From: Octopus sinensis
Taxonomy: Eukaryota
NCBI RefSeq assembly: GCF_006345805.1
Contig: NC_043001.1
Coordinates: forward strand, 32,860,001-32,924,000
Reading direction: 5' to 3'
Length of the DNA stretch: 64,000 nucleotides
Position 1 is the first letter of the stretch; every line of letters begins with the position of its first letter. The notes under the pieces were generated by a model. The model saw nothing but the letters and a program-made list of their open reading frames with translations. It had not been told where the DNA came from and did not search any database. Shown here piece by piece: positions 51,736 to 64,000 of this stretch. The position numbers were made by a program, and so were the translations under genes.

Positions 51736-51988
51736 GGTTGGAGCGACAGTTGTATTTATTGTACCACGCAAGTCGTGATGGTTTTGGCAGCGGCGGTGTT
51801 ATTTATTGTTTCGTTGAAATAACATACTGTATAATTCATTTGCAAATTTGGCAATGTACCCATTGTTACTTGATACATTTTTCAAAGTGTTTGCTTTCTC
51901 CTTAGCGAATGTCGTAATTGACATACTAAATAGGCAATTCCAAGTTCAAATCCTTCAAAAAGACAAATATGTATTATTTATTGGGGGT

Positions 51989-52058
<70 letters not shown>

Positions 52059-52069
52059 TCTCTCCCTCC

Positions 52070-52144
<75 letters not shown>

Positions 52145-52155
52145 GTATGTATGTA

Positions 52156-52196
<41 letters not shown>

Positions 52197-52227
52197 TATA
52201 TATATATTATATATATATATATATGCA

Positions 52228-52998
52228 TGCGCAGGAGTGGCTTTGTGGTAAATAGCTTGCTCACCAACCACATGGTTCCGGGTTCATTCCCATTGCGTGG
52301 CATCTTGCGCAAGTGTCTTCTACTATAGCCTCGGCCCAACCAAAGCCTTGTGAGTGGATTTGGTAGACAGAAACTGAAAGAAGCCCGTCGTATATATTTA
52401 TGTGTGTGTATATGCTTGTTCGTCTGTGTTTGTCACCCCAACATTATTTGACAACCAATGGTGGTATTTTTACGTTCCCGTAACCTAGCTATTCGACAAA
52501 AGAAACCGATAAATTAAGTACTAGGCTTACAAAGAATAAGTCCTGGGGTCGATCTAATCGACTGTCCCCACTCAAAAACATTTCGGGCCCCTTGTGCCTG
52601 GAGAAGAAAAGTATATATATGTATATATAGGCGCAGGAGTGGCTGTGTGGTAAGTAGCTTGTTTACCGACCACATGGTTCCGGGTTCAGTCTCACTGCGT
52701 GGCACCTTGGACAAGTGTCTTCTACTATAGCCTCGGGCCGACCAAAGCCTTGTGAGTGGATTTGGTAGACGGAAACTGAAAGAAGCCCGTCGTATATATG
52801 TATATATATGCGTGTGTTTGTTTGTGTGTCTATGTTTGTCCCCCTAGCATTGCTTGACAACCGATGCTGGTGTGTTTATGTCCCCGTTATCTAGCGGTTC
52901 GGCAAAACAGACCGATAGAATAAGTACTGGGCTTACAAAAGAATAAGTCCCGGGGTCGAGTTGCTCGATTAAAGGCGGTGCTCCAGTAAAAGAGTAAA
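52228..52998 (+). mobile_element. Two family B SINEs (52228-52612 ending in an A2 tail; 52629-52998)
   Basis: B head and core in both; first switches at GGGGTCGAT to the A2 tail. Confidence 0.9.
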
Positions 52999-53097
52999 AG
53001 AGTATATATATATATATGCTTGTATGACAGTTTAATCAGTTTTAATGGTTACATAACAGTTTAATTATCTCAGTGCATAGAAATATATACATCAATA

Positions 53098-53450
53098 AGG
53101 GCAAGCATGGCTCTGTGGTTAAGAAGCTCAGTTTGCAACCATGTAGTTTCGGATTCTTTCTTGGGTGAGTGTATACTACTATAGTCCCGAGCCTAACCAA
53201 GCCTTGTGAGTGGATTTGGTAGAGTGAAACTGAAACCCCGTCTTATATGTTTATTTTTGTGTGTTCATGTATTTGTCTTCTTTCACCGCCGAACAACTAA
53301 TTTTGTCTTCTATATGTAACCATAACTTAGCGATCCGCCAGAAGGGGCAGATAGAATAAGTAACAGACTTTAAAATATGCCCGGAGATCGATTTGTTCAA
53401 CCAAACCCTTCTGAGCAGTACCTTGGCGTGGTCACACTCCTGTAACCGAA
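53098..53450 (+). mobile_element. SINE family B, degenerate
   Basis: ggctctgtggttaagaagc...ccaagccttgtgagtggatttggtaga...gtaaccataacttagcg. Confidence 0.7.
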
Positions 53451-53842
53451 ACTTGTAAGAGAAATCTCTTACTCCAGAGTATTGTTGCTGAATATCTCTC
53501 GTTATGAGATTTACAAATAGTAATTTTCTCATTTATAAATCTTTTACAGCTTATATCCGAGATCTAATTTGATGGGACAGGAATATCATCAGAGGTATCA
53601 CCTTTATAAACATTTCGTCTTTAAGCTGTCCGAATGGTTTAGCTGTCATTTGTTGAAAGTCCCGTAAATGCTTCTTCATCGGCTTGCGGCAATTATTGTT
53701 ATACCTTGATGTTTTTCTTCTCTCTTTTCCTTTATCATTATCTAAGAAAACAATTATATCCCACAATGTTTTTGGCAAAATGGTCTTATAAATAAGTAAA
53801 GACATAAGATGATATTCCTCCGAATATCATATATGTTTACTT

Positions 53843-53886
<44 letters not shown>

Positions 53887-55571
53887 CGTGTGTGTGTGTG
53901 TGTGTGTGTGTTTGTGTGTGTGTGTATGTATGTATGTATACATATATACATTCATCACAACATACCCAACATCACACAGCTGGTCATATTCCAAACATAT
54001 TGCAAGGACATTCAACACAATACACACACACATAAACACACACACGCACGCTCATTCACACATACACACACTCATACACAAGTAGACATAAAACCCATTC
54101 AATGAATGTTTTGAAGCCACTCCCTTGGCAGGAACCTACAAAGATTATTTTTAGACAATAGACAACCACACCCACTCTCTTTCTCTCTAACTTCTTGAAC
54201 TCTTAACCAAGCTATATTTAAAGAAGACTTCAACGAAAATTCTCCAGACATGTTGTTGACCCTCAGACAGAAGATAAACTGTTTTTACTAATATTTGACT
54301 AGATGAGATTCATCAACGGTAATATTCTATATTTTCTTTATGTAATTTTAAAATGATTTTATTAAATTCTTTCTAAATTGAAATGGCTTACATTTACTTC
54401 TGCGCTATTTCCACATCCATCTTTTATTTCCTTTTTTTTTTTTATTGTTTTTACTGTTTTGTTCTCATTGTCCTGTTTTTGTTACCACTTTTACGCTCCG
54501 CAAAAAATCCCAAATTTTATTTAATTTGCTTCACGGGAAGGACTGTTTCAATGAAGTCGCGTCTTGTCCTTACCTTCGTGACGCGGAGTAGATGAAACAG
54601 GAACAACTGAAGAAGGGCAATTTCTTTATGTTGTATGTCTCGTTCCCTGTTTTTTTCGTTGTTTGAAAAAAAGTTCGTTTCAATGTTTCTGTTTTTATGT
54701 TTTCGTTTCTCCTTGTGTTCAACGTCTTTTTGATGTCCTGTACCCATATATGCATGCATATATACATATATATGTAGGTATGTACATATATGTATGTATA
54801 TATGCATATATTTATATATTATTTATATTAGTATATATACATATACATATATATATACATATACATATATATATACATATACATATATATATACATATGT
54901 ATACATATATATGTCTTTGTGTGTGTGCATGCATGTATGTGTGTATGTGTATGTACACGCACACCTATATTTGATATATTTGGTATATGTAATGAATGTT
55001 TGTATTTGTCTTGATATATGCATGATACAATTTTGAAATATTCTTACATTTTCAGCCATTATTGTATTTCATTCAATTATTTCTCTAATGATGAATTCAT
55101 TATATTATTTCTCTAAATATACAAACCCATATATTTATGGGCGGATTTTCCAGCAGCTTAACACTAAATTATTATCACTATTATCGCGTTGCCATTGAAG
55201 TCTTGAAATATCCTACCAACCAATTAAATTATAGTTTTCAATGGCTATAAGTTAATTATTGATTAACGCACAACACATGCCATGTATGTCTAACATGAAA
55301 TTGCTATTCATCACATAACAGCAAAGTCCTAATGGTCAACGACTTTAGACAAACGCTGAACTATAAGTACCAAACTCCAACTGAGTAGATTTAACTTTCC
55401 AGCTTCGAATTATATTTGATTCCCTTCCGTTATATTTACGCTGGTGATAATCAGGAAGAATACCACATAATAGCAGTCGCCTCTGTCGATGTATAGAGTT
55501 AGTGTGAACGTCTCTGATATTGAATCTTATTAGAAAAGCAATCTGTTTTACTTCCTTCGCTGTTAAATTAA

Positions 55572-55788
55572 ACCTTTAGCATTCAAACGAGCCATATCCG
55601 GACCAAGTATTCTACTCGTTTTATATTAAAACTAGCAAGATCCAGCCTCTCACACCTATCCTACAGTGTCATCGTAAATGTAAACAACCGTATCATCGAA
55701 GTCTCGAAGTTACAAAGTAATGCATGATTAATTTAAAACAACAATACTAAAAAAGCATTACAATTGACAGAATGTGAATGCAAAAGTG
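55572..55788. mobile_element. piggyBac-like MITE with TTAA target site
   Basis: TTAA|ACCTTTAGCATTC ... GAATGCAAAAGTG|TTAA imperfect TIRs. Confidence 0.55.
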
Positions 55789-56152
55789 TTAAGGTAAGGC
55801 ATCAACGTCACAACGACTCGTCTTCCCATATCTGTAAGTATCTATAACAAACACAACAGAGTAGCATGCCGTTAATCAAAGTCTCAGTAGTAATAATCTG
55901 TCGCTGCCCAGGGTTATATACACGTCACTGAAATTATCTAGTTCGCCTAACACTGAGCAGCGTATGTCAACTATAGCAGTAGCATGTGACCAACATGTGA
56001 TTTCTTTCTAGTTTCAGCTCAGAGCTGCGGCCATGCTGATGCACCGCCATTTATTATTATTATTTAGGTCACTGCCTGGAATCGAACACGGAATCTTGGT
56101 ATTAGTAGCCAGCGCTCTTAACCACTATGCCATATACCCGTGGGCGAAAATA

Positions 56153-56398
56153 AATGCGCCCTTTTAAAGCCTAGTCAGGCTCATGGGACCGGTTTCCCGG
56201 TTTCTATAGTGTCCATGTTTCCCAGCTGGATGGGACGCCAGTCCATCGCAGCGTTACTCATTTTTGCCAGCTGAGTGGACTGGAGCAACGTGAAATGAAG
56301 TTTTTGCTCAAGAACACAACGCGTCGGCCGGTCCAGGAATCGAAACCACAATCCTACGATCATGGTGCTGACACCCTAACCACTAAGCCACACGCCTC
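56153..56398 (-). mobile_element. Group C SINE, full length
   Basis: Reverse complement of 41253-41505. Confidence 0.9.
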
Positions 56399-57189
56399 CA
56401 CATTTGTTAACTTCTAATGCTGAGTCAATTCCTCCAAATGGAAACTGGAGGCTTTGGGAGGAATAATGGCTTTGAGAGGAATAATGTTTACCCAGTTGGC
56501 TTTCTCAAGGTACAATATAGAATTGTATTATACTATCCCAATGACAAAATGAGTTTGAAGACTCACCATCAAATATTTCATTTATTGCCTCCAAACAAAA
56601 CAAATTAATGATTTATGTCCACTATATTACACTGCTGTTTATTCGAATGATATTTTTCGTTCTCTCCCATATCTTAATAATCTTGTTATTGAGCCGAGGA
56701 AAGTACTATATAATGGAATCCCGTTAAAGAAAAGGAAGATCTTCCAATTGCATTTAAGTCAGATCATTACACATAATATACGCTGCTAAAGCCTTTTAAA
56801 ATCCATTTTTACTACTGGTTTACCCTCTCGTTTTTTTCTTTCTCTCTTAAGAGAAATGTATAGACGTCTATTTAGGTCCCAAAGCTCTTATTCTTCATAG
56901 GCAACGGCAATTGCATTGCATTACAGTTTTGCTCTCTCAGTCAGATGGTATTGACTTGGTATCTGATCTTTCGCTTCTGTACACTCACCTCTGTAAAAGC
57001 AATATTGGCAAGAATCTACTGGATAGTCTATTGGTATTTTGATTATCACTATCAGATATAATATCATTTTCCCTTTAGCGCTAAACCTAACTTCAAACAA
57101 CAGAATACTCATTGCAAATATTAGATCAAGAAATATTTTCATATAGCACAAAGAAACTAGATTTTCATATGTATGTATATAAACCGAAC

Positions 57190-57347
57190 GTTAGTCGTGG
57201 GTGTGTGGTAAGAATTTTGCTTTCGAACGACATGATTCTTGGTTCAGTTCAACTGCATGGCACCTTGGACAAATGACTTCTACTATAGCCATGAGCTGAC
57301 CAAAGCCTTGTGTGTGAATTTGGTTGACAGAAACTGAAAGTAACCTG

Positions 57348-57409
<62 letters not shown>

Positions 57410-57805
57410 TATATATATATATATATATTGTTTTAATGCGTAGAACAAATTTACCACCAGTGGCCTAGCATGCATAAAAAGTCAATAGACGACATATTAT
57501 TCAATATAAAATATTGTACATTTAAACATAAAGAGAAATTACCTATAACGGGCAATTTCTACACGCTAGGAGACAGTCAGAACGACCAAAGATCACATAA
57601 AAATTGAAGCAATTTCAAATGGAATGAAAAATAAAACCTTTTACCTTGTTTTTACGGCTATACCTATAGGTTTCAGATTTTTTAATAAATAAATTAAAAT
57701 AATTTAGTTTACCAGGCAAATCCACTTCAGTAACCAGGTCATCCAAGACTAACCTATAAATGTACACTATTTTATATATATATATATATATGTGTGTGTA
57801 TATGT

Positions 57806-57843
<38 letters not shown>

Positions 57844-58020
57844 TCCACCCCATCGTCTCACAACCAGTGTTGGCGTGTTTACGTCTCTATAACGTAAGGG
57901 TTTCGCAAAAAAGACCGAAAATAAGTACGGGGGATGTTTCATTCGACTAAAAATTATTCAAGGCGTTGCAACAGCATGTCTGCAGTCTAATGACTTAAAC
58001 AAACAACAGAGATGAAAGAT
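57190..58020 (+). mobile_element. Family B SINE split by a ~350-bp unrelated insert in its internal (TA)n
   Basis: 5' half 57190-57350, 3' half ~57790-58020. Confidence 0.65.
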
Positions 58021-59051
58021 ACACACACACACACACACACAACACCAATACGCACACATTATACATATATGTATGTGTTTGTATGTGAGTTTGTAATGGC
58101 GTTTAGTCTTCGCATGAGATGGATTCATTCTCTAATTGATATTGCTATTAGTATATCACAGTTCCGATTATAGAATCGGGATATTTACAGGTGATATATA
58201 ATTACACAGGATTTATAAAGAATCGCCTCAAACGTATGTATGTTCAATCATACTTATGCTTTAGTATACGGAAAAAAATATGTACATATTTTTAGCAGTG
58301 TAATGAAGCCGTATATAACAATATCAGGTTACAGAAAATAAACGCCATGTTGTTTGTTTTAATGCGTAGTACTACTAAACGTTTACATATTGAAATAAAT
58401 CAGCGCGCGGTTATTTTCCTTTATTTTATTGTCAACAAATGCTATAAAACCGCACTATTACTATGGACGTTGCGATTTACCGGAGCAAGGCTGAATCAGC
58501 AGAAATACAGAAGAATGATTTTATTTTTTAATATGTCTAGTCACCTCTCCCGTACATTAAAACACTTTTCTCATTTGCCTGCTTTCTGTGATAATGCATG
58601 TATGCTTTTATTTCTGGATATTAGAATAACTTACAAACTGAACGAAATGAAAACAGTCACCTGTGCAAATTATTGATTTTTCACGTCCCGAGATACTATT
58701 AAGAGAACAATGGATTCAGTCCTTGGCTAGCAAATGGCATTAATAATTTAGAAAAAAAGAATATTGAACAATTTGTTTGGTTTACATGTATGAATAATTG
58801 AATAAACTCTAAGATATTTCAAGTCCGATATTAAAAGAGAGAGTGAGAAAGACAGCAAGGGAAAGGAGAGTACGAGTGCGAGGAGGAGGAGAAGAAGAAG
58901 AAGAAGAAGAAGAAGAAGAAGAAGGAGAAGAAGAAGAAGAAGAAGAATAAGAAGAAGAAGAAGAAGAAGAGGAAAAAGAAGAAGACGACATATACAATAT
59001 GTAACATCGCTTGTGGGATGTTCTGTGTGTGTGTGTATTTATGCATGTATA

Positions 59052-59086
<35 letters not shown>

Positions 59087-59116
59087 ATTATATATATATA
59101 TATATATATGTATGTA

Positions 59117-59158
<42 letters not shown>

Positions 59159-59300
59159 ATATATATTATATATATTTATGTACATATATATATATATATG
59201 TATGTATGTAGATATACATCTTCATTATACAATATATGTATATACACACGCACATATCTGTTATGTACATATGTATATATGTATATGTATATATATATAT

Positions 59301-59343
<43 letters not shown>

Positions 59344-59398
59344 GTATATATATATATATATATGCATATACATGCATATACATAAATGTGTGTGTGTG

Positions 59399-59457
<59 letters not shown>

Positions 59458-59919
59458 TCTTGTCGGATCTACCTGTCATTTTATAACTACTCTTTATTTT
59501 TACTTCATTTTCTGTTCATCTTTATTGACTTTCTTGTCAGGCATAGAATAACTATGGCTCTGATGTCACTTTGACCTTCAAGATATAATGAATGAATCTG
59601 TTGCCGCCATTTTGATTCGTTTTCCTGCTGCATAAACAGCTGCGATACTTGAAATATCTTGTAGAAAGCTGCATTGTTACAATTCGTTTCAAAACAGCAC
59701 AATGCAATGCAGAATGATGAGGGTTTATAATAAAATAACTAATCCCAGATTTTAAGCATATTGCTGATGTTCTACTTAGGGTCAAGCTGATTTCTTTCTT
59801 TCTTTCAGAATATTTATAGTCTTTGGACAGCTGTGAAATTTTACTGACAATATAGAACAAAGTAAATATTGTAAGACATTTAGAACAGTGTTGAAAAATG
59901 TCAACAAAATCCCCAACCG

Positions 59920-60233
<314 letters not shown>

Positions 60234-60400
60234 ACCCCCATGGATTTATATGGATAATACCGTACAAAATTCTGGTGCATCTGACCATATTCATTTGAAT
60301 CTAAATTTTGCTGAACTTATATATATATATAATTATGATTATTATTCATAACAAATAATAATATTAGTGGCCGCAAGTATAGAAACCTTGTAGGCAAATT

Positions 60401-60890
60401 AATAAATGTATATAAAAATATAATTTGGGTACTAAGAAACACCAGCTTTGCTAAAAATAGGAGTCATAAAAACTCCGAAACCACAGTAGTTATCACTAAA
60501 TTTGTACACGCATGGTAAAGAAAACATTAAGTGAATAAGAATTGTATCTTACCTCTGCAAGATTGTAAGAGAGAACGGCGGTTAACTTGGTATCATGATT
60601 TCGAATTTAGCGCCAAAAAGCACTTGTTTCTCTTCAGCGAGATCTACTCGTAACAATACTGTTAATTCACTTCAAAATGTTTGCGTTCGTTTGAGGGCCC
60701 CGGCTGCCATTCCTTTTGCAATATTGCTGAAGAAAGATACAATTCTTATTCACTTATATTTTTTTTTCCACCATGTCTGTAAAAAATTAGTGATTTATTC
60801 CTGTGGCTTCAGAGCTTTTATGAATCCTATTTTTAGCAAAGCTGATGCTCCTTAATACCCAAATTATATATATTTTTATATGTATTTATT
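60401..60890. mobile_element. Foldback/MITE with ~165-bp imperfect inverted arms
   Basis: ataatttgggtactaagaaacaccagctttgctaaaaatagga...gtgaataagaattgtatctt mirrored by aagatacaattcttattcac...tcctatttttagcaaagctgatgctccttaatacccaaattat. Confidence 0.85.
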
Positions 60891-61444
60891 TTATATATAG
60901 TAAATCTATAACAAAAAAACGAGCAAACGCACAAAAAAGCAACAAGGCGAGGACGTGGTATATGCCAATTTAATGTTTATTTAATTTATTGATTTTTTTA
61001 AATAATATTTATTATAGTATATTTAAATTGCCTCTATATGATATAGATAATGTCTTTCACTATTAAATTGCTTAATAGAGGTCATTTCTCTTAATTATAT
61101 ACATGTATTATATATTGTGAAATTTGATTTAGAATTGCTAAATTGAATTTTTCCGTGTAAGTTTGGAATTATATTCCCTACTATATATATATATATATAT
61201 TCATATATGTCATTGCTTGTCACACAAACTACACGACCTTTCTACAATAGCTACAAGGCCTGAAATTTTGGGGGTGGGAGCTGGTTGATTAAATGTGCAC
61301 CCCTGCTCAACCGGTACTTATTCCTCCTCCCGAAAGGATGGAAGGCAAAGTGAATCGCAATGGAATTTGAACCCAACATGTAAAAACGAAACACACACCC
61401 TCTCTCACAGTTTTCTCTTTCTTTCTTTATTTATTTAATTATGA

Positions 61445-61510
<66 letters not shown>

Positions 61511-62310
61511 CACCCATTTTCTCTCTCGACAACATTGTATGGTAGCTAGTTAATAATTTAACATCTCTTTTCAATGACACTAGGATAGTGGGCCCACATT
61601 ATTCCAGAATGTATTAGCGGTGTATTTGCAAAAAAAAAAAAAAAAAAAAGGAAAAAGAGGAGAAAAAAAAGCGAAATATTTAAACCGAAACAATGTTTGA
61701 GATATTTCTTCCTCGGAAGTTAATACCCTGAGGTGTTAATCATTTCTACATTAGAGACTTCCTTTTTTAAACTTATATTGAAACAGGACTCGTTATTTGC
61801 AAAAGAAATATAAAACGTAAGCGAAGAAACCTACATCAGGTTTATTATTTATCTTAGTTAATCTTTGATAAACAATAAAAGTAAATTTGGCCCTATCCTG
61901 TCAGGGTTTGAACTCAAACATAGACAGATGTAATTCAATACGATAAGATACGTATTCTGGCGCATTGATGGTTCTAAGACTCACTATACCCAAATAATGA
62001 TTCCTTTATTCATAATGGTACTGGTTTCAGGTAATAAACTGTGTTCATGCTGTTGAAACACCTGCTTGGGAGATTATTGCTCGTTTATGCTGGTCCAGGT
62101 CTTTGCTCAGCACCTATTTTATCGATTTTGTATGGAATAAAAGACAACGTGTAAAGAAACACAGTACAGCCAGAATGACCGCTTAGCATTCTAGCTTCAT
62201 GCACGGATTTTATTCATCGCCTGATAATAAATATGTATATGTGTTTGTATATGTCGATGAAGGCTTATATACATACACACGTACAATAAATATATGTGAG
62301 TTTTGTCGTG

Positions 62311-62345
62311 CGCTGATGACGGATCAATACCAGAAACTGCAGTCC
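62311..62345 (+). ncRNA. Hammerhead-like motif, partly degenerate
   Basis: CTGATGA-CGG-ATCAATA-CCA-GAAA-CTGCAG-TC; palindromic stem III, GUC triplet; C-A mismatch closing stem II, stem I only 1 bp. Confidence 0.4.
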
Positions 62346-62467
62346 TGAAATGTTCTTTATAAATTATGTTAGCATTTTCTGTCCTGACTTGTTTTTTCAT
62401 ATATATATATATATATATATATAGATATATATATATAATATTTTGTTTATTTAAACGTATATATATA

Positions 62468-62551
<84 letters not shown>

Positions 62552-62780
62552 TTCTTTACTACCCACAAGGGGCTAAACGCAGAGGGGACAAACGAGGACA
62601 GACAAACGGATTAAGTCGATTGCATCGACCCCAGTGCGTAACTGGTACTTAATTTATCGAACCCGAAAGGATGAAAGGCAAAGTCGACCACGGCGGAATT
62701 TGAACCCAGAACGTAACGGCAGACGAAATACGGCTACGCATTTCGCCCGGCGGGCTAACGTTTCTGCCAGCTCGCCGCCT
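62552..62780 (-). mobile_element. SINE family A monomer inserted in (TA)n
   Basis: Near-identical in reverse to 19566-19797. Confidence 0.92.
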
Positions 62781-63647
62781 TTATATACACATACATACAT
62801 ATATGTGTGTCTGTGTTTGTGTATGGCTTGTTAGATACATAGATAGAGAAATATGTAAAGGTAAGATCCAAGGATCAAGGTGTAGGGAGTTAGTAAGCTT
62901 CAAGCGATCTGTAGAAGATATAAAAAACAACTTTCAGAAACAATAGTGATTTATTGGTGCAGAATTTGTCCAATATCTAAGTACGATAAGCTGAAAGAAG
63001 TTAACATTATAGTTCACGGTTAGCAACGTGTGTTGTTGTACATTCAAAAATTAGGACGTAGAGTAGATAAAACTCGGGCTACATATGTTACATAGCTAGG
63101 GGAGCCGCCAAAGTATTAAATTATCAGAACACGGTTAAGACCGCAAGCTACTCTTCAGGTCAAGGACACATTGATTTTATGAAGTTTAAATAGTCATTAG
63201 GAGATCCCGTGTTAACTCGTTAGGGATTCGATCGAACTGTTGAACATACACACACACACACACACATGTATATATATATATATGCATACATACATACACA
63301 CATAGAGGCATACATACATACATACATACATATATACATACATGCATAGATACATACATAGATAATGCATACATAGATACATACATACATAGATACATAC
63401 ATCTCTGCTTCTTAGTTTTTTGTTACCTATTTAATTAAAGACATGCCAGCGTAATCCACGTATCTCCCATTGTTATTATATCCATTTTCTTCTCTTATAT
63501 AACCTAAACTCCGGTTTACCAACCGAACCATTTTCTACCGTACAATCTTACAAAAGACTGTACCTACCCAGCTAATAGCCAGGAGCGACTTTGGATTTAA
63601 TTATTCCTGAGCAGTATTAAACTCTTCTAACTTGATACCTATATATA

Positions 63648-63724
<77 letters not shown>

Positions 63725-63767
63725 TGTGTGTGTGTGTGGTGTGTGTGTGTGTGTGTGTGTATATATT

Positions 63768-63799
<32 letters not shown>

Positions 63800-64000
63800 C
63801 ATATATACATAATACATACATACATTCTTTAGTTGACCCAAGGCAAGAAGCCACTTGCCAACATTACAGTCCCCGGGAAAATCAATGCAGTTGGCCGTAT
63901 AGAATTTATTTATCGATGACAAGCCACTGCATAGGTAGATCGGAACTGGGTCCTGGTTTCCCATACGATTAGGCCTCATGTGCCAATGCCATAGGTGGCA

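Noticed and set aside
53575-53625. Type-II hammerhead on the minus strand (GAAA...AGGT-GAT-ACCT-CTGATGA)
   Set aside because: No U16.1 in register and no stem II pairing
58347-58676. 109-aa ORF (also 59552-60007, 53551-53805, 8300-8617) as host genes
   Set aside because: No recognisable domain, splice context or compositional support

Overview
AT-rich, microsatellite-dense eukaryotic non-coding DNA, most likely an octopus (inferred from recalled octopus tRNA-derived SINE families and the repeat landscape, not from a database search). I can support no intact host gene, true tRNA/rRNA or CRISPR array; nearly all ORF-track entries are microsatellite artefacts. The window is a transposon graveyard. 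It holds more than 30 copies of three tRNA-derived SINE groups (here called A, B, C/E) and decayed non-LTR fragments (an R4/Dong-type RLE cluster nested in (TAA)n, HERO-like, R2/NeSL-like, CR1/L2-like, RTE). It also holds a decayed Tc1 transposase, two Helitron-like non-autonomous elements, several MITEs/foldbacks and a THAP/Kolobok-like remnant. The most interesting signals are: (1) several unrelated short repeats carrying type-I hammerhead ribozyme motifs, three of them tied to foldback or tandem architectures typical of Penelope-like/retrozyme elements, with turn points at or near the ribozyme; (2) family-A SINEs that appear to insert repeatedly into the heads of older family-A copies; (3) a high density of long near-perfect hairpins. 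Irregular indels in (TA)n and homopolymers suggest long-read consensus noise, so some frameshifts and point differences may be assembly errors. Coordinates of degenerate repeats are approximate (about +/-20 bp).
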